Below are positions 1-13,900 of a stretch of 64,000 bases of DNA, piece by piece. Made by a program: the position numbers and the translations under genes. Position 1 is the stretch's first letter. Each line of letters opens with the position of its first letter. The stretch is from NCBI RefSeq assembly GCF_001194135.2, contig NC_068983.1, positions 126,211,677 through 126,275,676 of the forward strand. The letters run 5' to 3'. The stretch comes from Octopus bimaculoides. Taxonomy: Eukaryota. Below the pieces are notes generated by a model that saw only the letters and a program-made list of their open reading frames with translations, had not been told where the DNA came from and made no database searches.

Positions 1-917
1 ATATATATATATATTATATGTATTTATTTTCTCCTAGCTAATAATTAACTCGGACAAAATAAATTGGTTAATAGATACAAGGGTAGCAAAGATCACAAAA
101 TGACTGTGGTGTAACTCCTGTTTACGAGGCATAAACTCCTTCTTATTTTGGGTACTTGAGTAAATATAAATTAATAAATGGAGTAAAACGCATATTTTAA
201 CTGAATACTTTTATTTCCAACATATGTTTCGAAGATTACAAATTATACCTTCCATAGGAATAGGTGATGTTGATAACAATGTAATCTTCTCTTTAGCGAA
301 ATGCCTGGGAACCAGCTTAAACGTAAGACATTTTAACCGAATATGAGAACTGTAGTTGGAGATGGTTGTTACCTAATCTATTTAAAAAAGCTGTTGGAGG
401 TTGGGATGCTACTAGACAGAACGTTGGAAAAGAAGGGAGGAAAAAGAAGGAAAGAAGAAAGAAAGAAAATTTAGAGTATAAAGTTGGGAGATAATAAGAT
501 TTAAGTCCGATGAAAATTGGAAAGGAACGTTATGTATATAATGGGACTGTAAAGGGGAGTTAATCTTGTATTTCTACAGTGTTAAAATAAATGTGTATAA
601 TCATATATACACATGTATACGCACATAGATACACACATACATACTCACCCACATATATACATACACTCGTATACACACACACACTACACACGTAATATTT
701 CCCGTCTAGCCGTATAGCCTTTTCTGTTTGTTTTCCTGTCTTGTTTTTTGTCCGCCACTTCATTCCTCCATGGCTAGGTTTAATTTGTGCATACAAATTT
801 AATTTGCGGTCCATGGGAAGAGCCGTTTTAATGATGCGTCCTACCCAGCTCTTCGAAACGCCGGTGTTAAAACGGGGGTAGCTATACTCTGATTATCATT
901 ATTTTCTTGTCTACGTT

Positions 918-1060
918 TTGTTTTCAATATCCTGTATCCAGATATGCACCTATACATACAGGTGGATGTTGGTATGCACATACCTGTACGTATATATGCA
1001 TATACTCATTTACTATTTGTTTATATATATATATATATATATATATACATACATAAACAC

Positions 1061-1119
<59 letters not shown>

Positions 1120-1275
1120 AACACATACACATACATATACAGACATCCATATATTTACATACATATATATAAACATACATGCATCCAACCATATACACAT
1201 ACATGTACATATATATATTTTTTAAAAACAAATATATACAAACACCTACATATTTATAATTTCATACATATACAT
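918..1275. repeat. Compound (TA)n/(CATA)n microsatellite running into an assembly gap
   Basis: Direct reading; source of the YIYI/MYVC pseudo-ORFs; N-gap 1276-1859 follows. Confidence 0.95.
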
Positions 1276-2049
1276 NNNNNNNNNNNNNNNNNNNNNNNNN
1301 NNNNNNNNNNNNNNNNNNNNNNNNNNNNNNNNNNNNNNNNNNNNNNNNNNNNNNNNNNNNNNNNNNNNNNNNNNNNNNNNNNNNNNNNNNNNNNNNNNNN
1401 NNNNNNNNNNNNNNNNNNNNNNNNNNNNNNNNNNNNNNNNNNNNNNNNNNNNNNNNNNNNNNNNNNNNNNNNNNNNNNNNNNNNNNNNNNNNNNNNNNNN
1501 NNNNNNNNNNNNNNNNNNNNNNNNNNNNNNNNNNNNNNNNNNNNNNNNNNNNNNNNNNNNNNNNNNNNNNNNNNNNNNNNNNNNNNNNNNNNNNNNNNNN
1601 NNNNNNNNNNNNNNNNNNNNNNNNNNNNNNNNNNNNNNNNNNNNNNNNNNNNNNNNNNNNNNNNNNNNNNNNNNNNNNNNNNNNNNNNNNNNNNNNNNNN
1701 NNNNNNNNNNNNNNNNNNNNNNNNNNNNNNNNNNNNNNNNNNNNNNNNNNNNNNNNNNNNNNNNNNNNNNNNNNNNNNNNNNNNNNNNNNNNNNNNNNNN
1801 NNNNNNNNNNNNNNNNNNNNNNNNNNNNNNNNNNNNNNNNNNNNNNNNNNNNNNNNNNNATATATATATATATACATATATGCAGAAGTCAAACAGGTAT
1901 AGCAATAAACAAACGGACGGTAAAACATATATGGAATCTATGGAAACCAAAGCGGAACGGAGAACAAGCACAGAGGGTCAACAATATCTCATTAGTTAAA
2001 AAGCTAAGTGTCGAGCGAAATTTCGTACTATTATCGATAATATTTCACT

Positions 2050-2425
2050 CACCATGGGGACAACCAGCAGGAGAACTTGCTGGCAAATCGACCAATACAA
2101 AACAGAACAAGTCGGACAAACAAGGGAGATGGAGTGACATAAGACGAAATAAATAAAGAAAATATGGCCTTAGCGCCAAGCGAAGACAGCAAAAGAAAAT
2201 AATACATATAGAACATAAAAATACTAATACATATACGACACAAATGCCATGTGCTTACGGACAAGTGTGGAGTAACGCAAAGGAGAATGATACCTTCCTG
2301 CGGGACTAAAACAAGCACAAGACGAACAAACTAGGAGGAATGAGAGATAAAAGAACGAAATAAATAAACAGAATATGATCTTAGGGCCGGGCGAAGACAA
2401 CGACAAAATAATAATAATATACAAC
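2050..2425. repeat. Diverged ~211-bp tandem duplication
   Basis: acgaaataaataaa at 2144 and 2355, each followed by similar atatg..cttag.gcc..gcgaagaca blocks and preceded by similar aaaaca.gaacaag.cg.acaaac blocks. Confidence 0.75.
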
Positions 2426-2487
2426 AAAAAGTAATAACACGTGTTTTTTTATATATATGCATGTATGCATGTGTATATGCATGTATT

Positions 2488-2528
<41 letters not shown>

Positions 2529-2726
2529 TTTCTTATCGAACCTCCAACGGTTTTTATTGAATATACAGCGTCGTTTGCTTGTCGCTACTTAACATCATAG
2601 GTTAATATCCTATGTTAACAACTCTACTTAGTTACTTTACTATATAACGGTTTTCTTAACCGATATTGCAAGCAGTTTCAATATGTTCATGTCGCTACAA
2701 CCTGATTATAACTTTTTAATACACAT

Positions 2727-2836
2727 AGGCGTAGGAGTGGCTGTGTGGTAATTAGCTTTTTTACCAACGACATGGTTCTGGGTTCAAAGCCCTGTGAGTG
2801 GATTTGGTAGACGGAAACTGAAAGAAGCCCGTCGTA
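2727..2836 (+). mobile_element. tRNA-derived SINE (family A), internally deleted
   Basis: Head aggcgtaggagtggctgtgtggtaa...gggttca is joined directly to aagccctgtgagtggatttggtagacggaaactgaaagaagcccgtcg. The minus copy at 9801-10183 still contains the missing middle. Confidence 0.85.
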
Positions 2837-4419
2837 TGTATATATATATATATATATNNNNNNNNNNNNNNNNNNNNNNNNNNNNNNNNNNNNNNNNNNN
2901 NNNNNNNNNNNNNNNNNNNNNNNNNNNNNNNNNNNNNNNNNNNNNNNNNNNNNNNNNNNNNNNNNNNNNNNNNNNNNNNNNNNNNNNNNNNNNNNNNNNN
3001 NNNNNNNNNNNNNNNNNNNNNNNNNNNNNNNNNNNNNNNNNNNNNNNNNNNNNNNNNNNNNNNNNNNNNNNNNNNNNNNNNNNNNNNNNNNNNNNNNNNN
3101 NNNNNNNNNNNNNNNNNNNNNNNNNNNNNNNNNNNNNNNNNNNNNNNNNNNNNNNNNNNNNNNNNNNNNNNNNNNNNNNNNNNNNNNNNNNNNNNNNNNN
3201 NNNNNNNNNNNNNNNNNNNNNNNNNNNNNNNNNNNNNNNNNNNNNNNNNNNNNNNNNNNNNNNNNNNNNNNNNNNNNNNNNNNNNNNNNNNNNNNNNNNN
3301 NNNNNNNNNNNNNNNNNNNNNNNNNNNNNNNNNNNNNNNNNNNNNNNNNNNNNNNNNNNNNNNNNNNNNNNNNNNNNNNNNNNNNNNNNNNNNNNNNNNN
3401 NNNNNNNNNNNNNNNNNNNNNNNNNNNNNNNNNNNNNNNNNNNNNNNNNNNNNNNNNNNNNNNNNNNNNNNNNNNNNNNNNNNNTATATATATATATATA
3501 TATTCACGCACACATACACACAATGACACATACATAATGCAACAATTTATATAAGCATATTCATAGAAGAAATGTTTGCACCTAATTTAAACGAATATAC
3601 GTTAATCAATAGAATACAATGGAGGAACAACCTAACTAAAATAACATTGTAAATATACAAAGATCAAAATAATAAATATATAAAGATCAAACAATAAATG
3701 ATAGTAAATTAATTTTAAAAACATATTAACAATAATAGAATATAAATCAAAATTTAACCAAATTTAATAGTTAAAATAATGAAGTTCTTAGAGAATATAT
3801 ATCGCAATAATCTCAGTCTGTGTATAAACAACTACAATAGAGAGATGAAAACTATATGAATATAGATATATACATAAGAATCGAAATACGCATTCTAATT
3901 ACTTATTCCCGTGATGAAAGGAAAAGTAAAACACGGAAAACCGTCTTGGCACGCTTTTCAGGAATATTAAACGATTAAATTAAAGTCAGTACATCTATTA
4001 TTCTCCTGTTAAATTATTTAAAGTCGTCGTGTGCATTTGTGCAAGTATATATGTGAATAGATGTATAAGAGATGTGAAATTTATATATTTGTGAGTAAGT
4101 GACGTTACATTGAGGATTAATGGATATATGTGTATAAGCGTGTGTGCATAAATGTATATATATACACATATTTATTAAAAAAAATATACATATATACACA
4201 AATACATACATACACACATACGGAAGCAAACTCAGTCATAAATATGCACGCGCTCTCGCACTCACACATATATATAGTCGAAACCTCGGTTATATATGTG
4301 CGTGTGAGTGTGTGTGTTTGCGTGCGTTAGTATACATGCCATTTAACTATCATGTAAGTTGCTACGTTTCAGATGGCGAGACTTAAGACACATCAGACAT
4401 ACTAACTGGAAATACATAG

Positions 4420-4900
4420 CCTTTATAATAGTGGAAATAATTATACAGACTTGGTCAGCTTGATGGTGACAACAACCGAAATAAAAAGCACCTTTTCGCT
4501 TGAGGGAAAGAAGACTCGACTCTTGTTGTTCGATCCCAGCAGTAGCCAAATACTTTCAGCTGCGCCTAGCCCAATGGTTTCAGCTGCACCAATGTACGTT
4601 TGTTTCAATTCCTTATATTGCAAACAGGGAAAACCATTTTTCCAAAATGAAAATTCTGCCATAAGGGCATGCGTAAAAAATTTCAAATGTACTGAATTCA
4701 AGAAGGTACCTCGATCGTCCGAATCATTTCGGATTATTCTCCGTTCGGCTATACACCGTTTGCTTCCTTTGACGTATTATTGCTTACGTTGTCCCAGCAA
4801 AGTCCAGTAAAATTTGTTTGCCGTCCCGCACAATATTAATCGCAATGTGTAGTTGGCTAATGTTACAACATTGTAACTTTTTTGGATAGTCAATGTGGAT
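4420..4900 (-). mobile_element. Highly decayed LTR-retrotransposon integrase fragment, possibly Copia-like
   Basis: Frameshifted minus-strand translation gives ANGV/AERR, EMIRT, LKFFTHAL, QLKVFG and AKRCFLF in the order expected for a Copia integrase core (NGVAERxNRT..EM.R..FW..A...LKVFGC..K.C.F.G). Confidence 0.4.
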
Positions 4901-4959
4901 CTGTGATATTTTGTCTGGCGTTTTCATTTCAACATAATTCTGTATATATACCTGTTCGT

Positions 4960-6310
4960 TGCTGTTTTTGTTGCAGTTTTTAATGTTGTTGGACACCATG
5001 AAAGTTGCTTCATAGACCACGGTAACATAGGTGTATCGATCATTTACTGATCTTCAACTGCTAACTAGTCAGGAGCAATCTGTCTCTGCACAGGACATTG
5101 AAGCTTCTCGAATGCACTGATACGCAGTAAATCGCATTAGTAGACGAACAAGTGAATGTGTCGATGATGTGATAGTGGTGGTGTTGGATACCGGTAAGGA
5201 CGGAGTCGTTTCAGAGGAATGGTCAGATGCGGCAGTGTGGACGAAAGTTCGGGAGGAACTAACTTTAGTGCTTCGAAGTGGGAGAAGATATAAAGCAGTA
5301 GGCCAGGTAGGTTACCCGCGCGTTTGTATGAGGAAGGGGTTGTTTGGGAAGAAGAGAAGTGGAGTGGCTAGATAAGAGTTAGCAGAAAGCGCATGAAATG
5401 GTGTACTGGAGGGATGGTAGGAAAAAAAAAGCGTGTTAGAGTGGAGTGACTGCAGGGATATAGAGTGGATATGAGGTCGATGTAGGAATGACTTTTAGTA
5501 GAATGAGATGGTAATAGAAGATCGTTAGCAGGCACTAGAAATAACAAGGAATTTGACGTTTGAACGTACAGGAGATTTTAGTCCGTTGCAGAAGGATTGA
5601 CTGAAAGACAGGAAGCAATTGAATTGTTTGCAGAAGTGATGTATTGCTGATACAGTCATTGATGGGTCTGCCGTATCACTCAAGAGTGGGACCGGTCTAT
5701 GGAGAGAATATTTTGGCCCCAACATAGCCGGGTCGCGTAGTGGGATCCCATTCTTGAATCCATATACACTCCTGAGACCTGATCGTAAGACACTCTCGCT
5801 AATGCAAAATCAATTTAAAGAGAGAACCAGTTTGGCCAAGTGGAGGAGGGTAGTGTAAATCAAAGTAGTGTTCGAGGGCAAGGAGACCTTCAGTTTGCAG
5901 GATAAAAATATATGGAGACTTGATGTCAATGATGGATAAGAGTCGGAAAGTATGAGGAGGAAATGAAAAGGAATTAAAGTGACCAAGAGTGTACTTCGTG
6001 GTGTGAATGTGTGAGGAGAAAGAAGGCAGTAAGTGGTGTAAGGACGAGTTCAATTAAGAGATTAATTGAGTTGGTTATTTGCAAGCGTAAGCAATGAGTC
6101 GACCCAGGTCATTTGGTTCATTTGTCAAAGGAACGAAGTAAGTGGTTGTAGTTCTTGGGGTGTGGACAATGAAGTTTGAGGTGGTGTGGGTGGGAGTTAG
6201 GAGGGGATAATTTCATGGATGGTGGAAAATACATGTTGGTAGTGGGGCGTAACGTCGGAGGGTGGAGGGCAGATGAAGGAGGTTTCTTAGTGTTGGAGGA
6301 ACATCCGCAC
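4960..6310 (-). mobile_element. Penelope-like element, decayed RT plus start of GIY-YIG endonuclease
   Basis: Minus-strand remnants in correct order: PRTTTTYFVP..NDLGRLI (PKIHK..PGRPIVS), RLLSIIDIKSPY..EGLLALEHYFD (MDIKSLYT.IP..EGL.AL), FLSFSQSFCNGLK, then IIDTFTCSSTNAIYCVS (GIY-like). Confidence 0.75.
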
Positions 6311-7679
6311 TTCACACAACTATAGCTTCACCTTTGTAAGCCTGTTTGATGGCGATATCGACACGACATCGTAATTTAATTTGTTTTCTACAAACAGCAT
6401 TTCAATTGAAATTCTGCTGTATGAACACATATTATCATTCGGGTTCTATTTTTGTTTTTTTTATCTCTATTCAAATTGCGTTCTTTGTGGTCGTGATTAA
6501 GCTGAGGTCGTCAATCGCTTTTTCTTAAAACCTTATATCTAATGTAGTGTAAACAAAATATATCAATTCATTGTTATATTGCAATTCATAGATATTAAGA
6601 ATGATAGAGCACTTAAGCTAAATAATACTGACCACACCCATTTGTGACATTAGTGGGAAAGCGCTGTTTGAGAGACTGTATTTTAAATAAACAACTCCCA
6701 CATATGATGTGATTATGTTCAGCTTCCTTAAATATATTTGTAGACCGATTTTAAATGTCTATTTTATCAAAATGCCCGTCTCATAATACATAATTTTATA
6801 CATTTGTCTCATAATACATGTTATATATTACACAATAGATTTTGAACAAATACGTAGAAAGGCTCTCGAAAGACATGTAGGATAGGCAGAAAAGTACACA
6901 CTATATATATATACATAATTACGGATAAAAAACATTATAACATTAACGAGCTTTTTCTCAAGTGAAAACACGTAATAAAAACGATATAGGTAACAATTAA
7001 TACTAATATAGAATTATAAAGATATAATTATAATAAAGAGTGCTGATAAACAACACCAACATGCTAGTGATAGACGCCAAATAGCACGAAAACCGCATCT
7101 TGCACTCCATTAGCACGGGTTGAAAGCGAGAAAATGAAGAAAGAAACTTTATTTTTTTAAAAAGGTAAATTTTTGAAAAAGGTTAATTAGAGATATAAAA
7201 TCACTCTACCGTCTTCAGTATAATATAGCTCACAGGATATAAATGTAAATATTTATACATACCCATACGAATAATACATATCCACACGTATATATACATA
7301 TTTTCATATTTATCTACGTGTCAAATCTAATTTATTCACCTCAACAATGTGCATTTAAAACCAAAATTTTACCGCAGTGAATATAAATTGATCGGGATAT
7401 ATAATGAATATACATACAATTAAGGAAAAAAGTCATTATAAAGATTTTATTAAGTGGCCAGCGTATAAGAAAATCTATATAGGTAAGATTAATACTAATA
7501 TGTAATTATAAAAACATAATTACATTTCAAACACCATATTTCATCAGAGAATAGAGAAGAAAGGAGAAAATGTAGAGAAATGCGAAGCATTATGTGTTTA
7601 GGACCCAAGTTGCAATACAATTCTATGCAGAGAATTTAGGAGGAGAGGAAGGGGTGTGTTTGTGTGTTTAAAAACATGA

Positions 7680-7870
7680 GGCTAACCACTTAGGGCATAG
7701 ATAAGGACTCCGTGTGAAGTAAGCTGTGATTGGTTGCCAGGAGGGTACGAACGGTTTGGGATGCGGATAGTTTCTTCAGTGCAGGGAGGTGTGGAAGTGT
7801 GGGTAGAGGTTCTGGGGTGGGGGTAATTGACCGGACGTGAATATAATACAGTGAGGGAGAAAGGAATGCA
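7680..7870 (-). mobile_element. Probable PLE pseudo-LTR remnant with decayed hammerhead
   Basis: Pyrimidine-rich minus strand with CTGAAGA (7773-7779 on +) followed by cccaaaccgttcg where cgaaac would be expected. Confidence 0.35.
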
Positions 7871-8354
7871 AAACAAACAAAATGGAAAATATTGTACTTG
7901 ACTAGAAGGACATATGAGTAAAAGGTTAAAAATTAGTGCTACAGTAGATTAAGTGTATTAATAATGTGAAAATTGCATAAAATTCATTAAGTTTTCTTTT
8001 GAAGTCCAGAGAAATATCAGTTAAAACACGAAAGAAGAGGTAAACAGAAAGAATAATTTATAAGAAGTAATATTGTTGAAAATGATTTAAAAGACGGTAC
8101 GCAGGTGGTAATAAAGTCTATGTAACAGTAAGGAAATCCAATGATGGAGAGAGCCAGAAATGAGTTTATTAAATCGTGATTAGAATCCGTGAATGATATC
8201 CAAGCTATTCCGGTGACAAATTGAACTCGGTTGAATTGTTAAAGAGCGTTTCAATGTATGTTACTGTAAGAACGGGTTTCTTATGTGTGAGCGTTTGCAT
8301 GTCAGTGCAAGTGCATGCGTGTATGGTTGTAAGAAAGCACCAGTGCTTATATTT

Positions 8355-8414
<60 letters not shown>

Positions 8415-8815
8415 NNNNNNNNNNNNNNNNNNNNNNNNNNNNNNNNNNNNNNNNNNNNNNNNNNNNNNNNNNNNNNNNNNNNNNNNNNNNNNNNNNNNNN
8501 NNNNNNNNNNNNNNNNNNNNNNNNNNNNNNNNNNNNNNNNNNNNNNNNNNNNNNNNNNNNNNNNNNNNNNNNNNNNNNNNNNNNNNNNNNNNNNNNNNNN
8601 NNNNNNNNNNNNNNNNNNNNNNNNNNNNNNNNNNNNNNNNNNNNNNNNNNNNNNNNNNNNNNNNNNNNNNNNNNNNNNNNNNNNNNNNNNNNNNNNNNNN
8701 NNNNNNNNNNNNNNNNNNNNNNNNNNNNNNNNNNNNNNNNNNNNNNNNNNNNNNNNNNNNNNNNNNNNNNNNNNNNNNNNNNNNNNNNNNNTGTGTGTGT
8801 GTGTGTGTGCGTGTG
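8355..8815. repeat. (TG)n microsatellite spanning an N-gap (8415-8791)
   Basis: Direct reading. Confidence 0.95.
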
Positions 8816-9800
8816 TAGAAATACAGTAGCTGAAAGGTTATAAAGTCAGTGTTTATTGACATACATTTCATTTTCAAAAATAACGCGAAGCGATGTTATT
8901 GTAAGCATGAGAAAACATTTCGTTTCCTACTTCCAAGGATTCTCGACGACTAGCTTACCACATTCATTCGAATGTTACCAGATTCGTACAGCAAAAATTA
9001 CGTTGAATGCATCTCCATGAAAATACAAGTCCCTCGTTTGAGATGTAGCGTATTCCAATGGACGCCTTCGTCCAATCCACATGTAAAATAACAATGTAAA
9101 ACAACGTTATTTTTTATGTTTCCTTCACGTTACCGCGTAGGTACACACACGCACATTCTCCGTCATTGTTTTTGCTTTTCACGTAACCCCATTGTACACG
9201 CACGGACGAACACTTACACACACACACAATTGTCATAAACCAAATCACTGCTATTTTTTAATAAACATTTCCCATAAATATTCGTTCTTCTGAGAATAAT
9301 TCATTCACTTCTGAAGATGGCATGGCATGATATGAAGGCGATGCTGTTATATGGTTACAATATCTTGCCTATTCAGTGATATTGGTTTTCCGTATATACA
9401 AGAGAAGTTTGTAAATTACTACATGTAAATTAATGTTTAAGACTAATATCTTTGGTTCACAAGTACTAAATTGGTTTACAAATAACAGAGGTACACATTT
9501 TTCCTTTGGTCTAACTACATATTGATCTCTACCGTATGGCACAAAGTGATAAATTTTAACACGAAGGAAAAAGTCGGTGCCAGCGACTCATTCACATGTC
9601 ACTTTGTATTATTGAGTCTCAAAGAATAGAGTCCGGGTGGTGGAATTGGAAATTAGAAGCTTAATTTATGGAAGAAATGAGGTAATCGTTTTGTTTCCGA
9701 AGCTCTATGTTATTTACTTAATTCAGAAAAATTGCACAAAAATGTTGCTGCAGCTTTAATAAAGTTATGTGCAACGGTTGACCAGACATTCGGTCACACG

Positions 9801-10183
9801 TTTCAGTCATTTTGACTGCGACCATGCTGGAGCATCACCTTTAGTCGAGAAAATCGACCGCAAACGAACCAGCATCGGCTGTCAAGCGATGTTGGTGGGG
9901 GGACAAACAGACACGCAAAGATACACACACACAAGAACACACACACAAGTACACATACACGCACGCACACACACACACGCACATACACACACTCACACGG
10001 TCACACACACACATATATCTGCGACGACCTTCTTTCAGTTTCCGTCGACCAAATCTACTCACGGCTCGGGTCAGCTCGCGGTTATAGTAGAAGACACTTG
10101 CCCAAGGTGCCACGCATTGAGACTGAACCCAGAAGCGTATGGTTGGCAAGCAAACTTCTTACCAAACAACCACTCCTGCGCCT
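9801..10183 (-). mobile_element. tRNA-derived SINE (family A), near full length with internal (CA)n
   Basis: Head ends cactcctgcgcct; body tttcagtttccgtcgaccaaatc...gacacttgcccaaggtgccacgc; 3' part cagtcattttgactgcgaccatgctggagca. Confidence 0.9.
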
Positions 10184-10931
10184 ATGACATGTAAATAATT
10201 TTAAAAGGAAAAACTCCTCAACGGAGATTTTAAGAGAAAAAAAAAATGCACATATCTGCCCTAATCAAGTGGCCTATCTGTCGGGGAAGACATGCTCTGA
10301 TGAAAACTAAATAAAAAATTATGACATTCTATTGTAAGACTTACCTGGCAACGACGGGATATTCAGCTATTAGTAGAAGAAGTGGTATATATNNNNNNNN
10401 NNNNNNNNNNNNNNNNNNNNNNNNNNNNNNNNNNNNNNNNNNNNNNNNNNNNNNNNNNNNNNNNNNNNNNNNNNNNNNNNNNNNNNNNNNNNNNNNNNNN
10501 NNNNNNNNNNNNNNNNNNNNNNNNNNNNNNNNNNNNNNNNNNNNNNNNNNNNNNNNNNNNNNNNNNNNNNNNNNNNNNNNNNNNNNNNNNNNNNNNNNNN
10601 NNNNNNNNNNNNNNNNNNNNNNNNNNNNNNNNNNNNNNNNNNNNNNNNNNNNNNNNNNNNNNNNNNNNNNNNNNNNNNNNNNNNNNNNNNNNNNNNNNNN
10701 NNNNNNNNNNNNNNNNNNNNNNNNNNNNNNNNNNNNNNNNNNNNNNNNNNNNNNNNNNNNNNNNNNNNNNNNNNNNNNNNNNNNNNNNNNNNNNNNNNNN
10801 NNNNNNNNNNNNNNNNNNNNNNNNNNNNNNNNNNNNNNNNNNNNNNNNNNNNNNNNNNNNNNNNNNNNNNNNNNNNNNNNNNNNNNNNNNNNNNNNNNNN
10901 NNNNNNNNNTATATATATATATATATATATA

Positions 10932-13900
10932 TGTCGTCGTCGTTGCCTCCAGAACGTATCCGAGCATTGGATTAGTCAGTTTGCATCCAGTCTCCTCGGC
11001 TGATGTTTGTGCTGTTACTTTCGGCCAAGATTTGTGAAAGATTTGTGGGCAGAACTCTCACAGGATGATCGCTGCAGGTCGAGGATGTTGAAGACGCTCC
11101 TTTCTTCTCCTCATTCTATTGTCTGTTCTGCTCGAAGAAGCTGGCTCCATGGCGGATAGCACTCCTCCAGGCTGTTCTATCCCTGTCAATCTGTTCCCAT
11201 GAGTATGTTAGCCTGAGCCAAAGTCCGTTTGAGTTGGTCTGTAAAACGGAATTTCGGATCTCCTCTGGGTATTGTTCCGATTGCAAGTTCTCCGAAGAGC
11301 ATGATCCTTGGGAGACGAAAGGGCTCCAAACGCCGGACGTGACCTCCCCAGCAGAGACAATGGCGAGGAATGGTGGCTTCGACACTTGGTAATGAGGCGC
11401 GGCGAAGAACCTCGTTGCTGGTAACGTGATCTTCCCATTTTATGTTCAGGATTCAGTTGTAGCTTCGATTAATGGAATGATTCAAGTCTCAGAAGCGTAG
11501 AGTAGTGTTGACAGGACAATGGCACGGACGACCATCATCTTTGTTCCGATGGTCAGCGATTTCTTGAAGAATACACGCTGGCTGAGTATGCCGAAGGCGG
11601 AATTGACCGCCCTGATCTGGTTCTCCACACACTTTTCAAACATGGATGTCTTTGAAAGGATTACTTCCAAGGTATGTGAAGTGTTCAACTTCTAAGAGTT
11701 GGCCGTTGATGCTAAGGTTTGTAGGTGGACTGTTCTGGCCCGGTACAGGTTGGGTAAGTGTCTTGGTCTTTAATGTGTTTAACTGAATCCCGTAACTCGC
11801 GTTGTAAAAATCGACCGTCCTTTGTAGGCCATCTCCGGTGTGGAAAGAACTTGAGATATCCGTTTTGTTGTCCACTTTGTAATGGGCGTTTGGAAAGGAG
11901 TGACATTGTCATCGGCATACTGCATCTCACTGACTGAGATGGCGGAAGTTTTCGTCTTTGTACGGAGAAGTGCGTGAGTGAAGAGTCCGCCGTCCAAGTG
12001 GTGAAAGGCGAGTCTAGTGGGGTTTCGTTGATCTGGCTGCCATGTATAAAGAAAGGCAGGCTGGCGCCATCCTTTCTTAAGACCCCCTGTTACGGGAACG
12101 GATCTGTGAGGGTATTTTGATGGCGCACTCTACCTTGCCGTCGTGGAGGGAGCTGGCCAGGGCAATAAAGTTCTCCGAACGTCCAAACTGGACAAGGACG
12201 GTCCACATTGCACGACGTGAGACCTTGTCAAAGGCCTTCTTTAGGTCCCAGCAGATGAACATTGCAAGTTTTTGTTTTTGGCACTTCTCTGGGAGTTGAG
12301 GGGCACAAAAGATCATGTCGATTGTGCTTCGAGAGGGTAGAATCCACACTGGGACTCAGGGAAGACGACTTCTGCGGGGATGAGGAGGTGATTGAGTAGG
12401 ATACAGGCGAAGATCTTACTTGCAACACTCAAGAGTGTGATGCCACGATTGTTATTGTAATCTTCTCGGTCTCCCTTCTTGTAGATGGTGAATTATAGTT
12501 GCATCGAGGAAGTCATTCAGGGTGGTGTTCTTGCTTTTGGAAATCTTGCGGTTAAGGAGATCAGATATCTCAGTTCAGCATCTCCGTGATTGAAAAACTC
12601 CAGCGGGATGTCATCTGTTTCTGGAGCATTGCTCGGCTTAATTTGCGCAAGTGCCATGTTGAACTTATGGTGTAAGGATGGCAGGGACATCCAATGGGGG
12701 ATGGGGAGCTATGACGTGTTTTCGGGGAAATCGTTAGGAGTGCGTGAGCAGTCGTTAAGTAGGCACTCGAAATGGTACTTCCAGCACTCGAGGATTCCCT
12801 GAGTGTCGCTTATCGTAGAGCCAGCTGCGTTCATCAGGCCGCCACTAATGACCTTGCGAGGGTGAAGATCTCCTTGGTTGCTGTAAAAAAGCTGAGCAAA
12901 TCTCGTTCATCCGTATAGTTTGCATCACCTCTGCTTTCCTCAGCTAATAAATGTTCTGAGCTTCTTCAATTCCTCGCTGGCATTCCGCTCATGCTTGCCG
13001 GTTTTTCCGTTTGTTCTTCGCAGTGGCAGGATTCTGGATGGCTTGGCGCGTCCGGAGATTCGCTTCGATAATACGGGAGTTGGTTTCATCATTCTCGTCA
13101 AACTAATATTGGTCCTTCTTCCGGGCAAAGCCGATCGTCTCCTCGGCGCTGGGACGCGTGTATGGTTCAGCCCAGCAGGTTGTAGAACGAAGCCTTGACG
13201 TCGTCTTCAGATGTAAGAGTTGGGGCATACACAGAGATCAGCGTAAGGAATCTGTCCCGAATAAGTGGGATCTGAACAGTCATCGGGCGCTCACTGATGG
13301 CAGTTGGGACGAATCTGTATTGGTCCATGAGATGCGTTTTGAGGTCAAGGCGAAATACATGGATGCGTGTTTCATTAGGATTCTTCCCCTTCCAAAAGAT
13401 GATGTATTTGGAGCCAGCTTCTCTGATCTTGCCTTTTCCAGGAAGACTAGTCTCGCTCTAAGCAGCTATTGAAGCGGTCAAGTTCCTTGCAGACGAGGCC
13501 TGTACGTCGCTCTGGTTGATTAATGTCACTTTTGTTCCAGGCCCCGAAGGTGAGATATTATAATACAGATGATTTAGTAGAGTTCCGCCCGCTAAATCGG
13601 AGGACCGCCAGCCGTGGTATGCTGGCCAAATCAAGTTGCTGTGCTTGATATTTACTCCAACCTTTTCTTGGGGCTTCCCCTTGAGGGGTGCGCTGCGGTG
13701 ATCTTAAAGAGGCCAGCACAATCACGAGTCTAGCTGCCGAACTCCAATGTCAGGGTTATTCATTGTATAGCGACTATCTTAGATACGCCGCCTATGTATG
13801 GTCATGAATTAGAGGCTTCCAGCTTTGCAGACCTGCTTCCGGCGGCCATACGCACGCTCTTGGCTAGGAACTTCTCCACGGCTGTTCAAGAATCGAGACA

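Noticed and set aside
4372-4462. tttcAG followed by WRDLRHIRHTNWKYIAFIIVEIIIQTWSA* as a terminal exon
   Set aside because: No recognisable homology, and it overlaps the antisense of a probable integrase relic.
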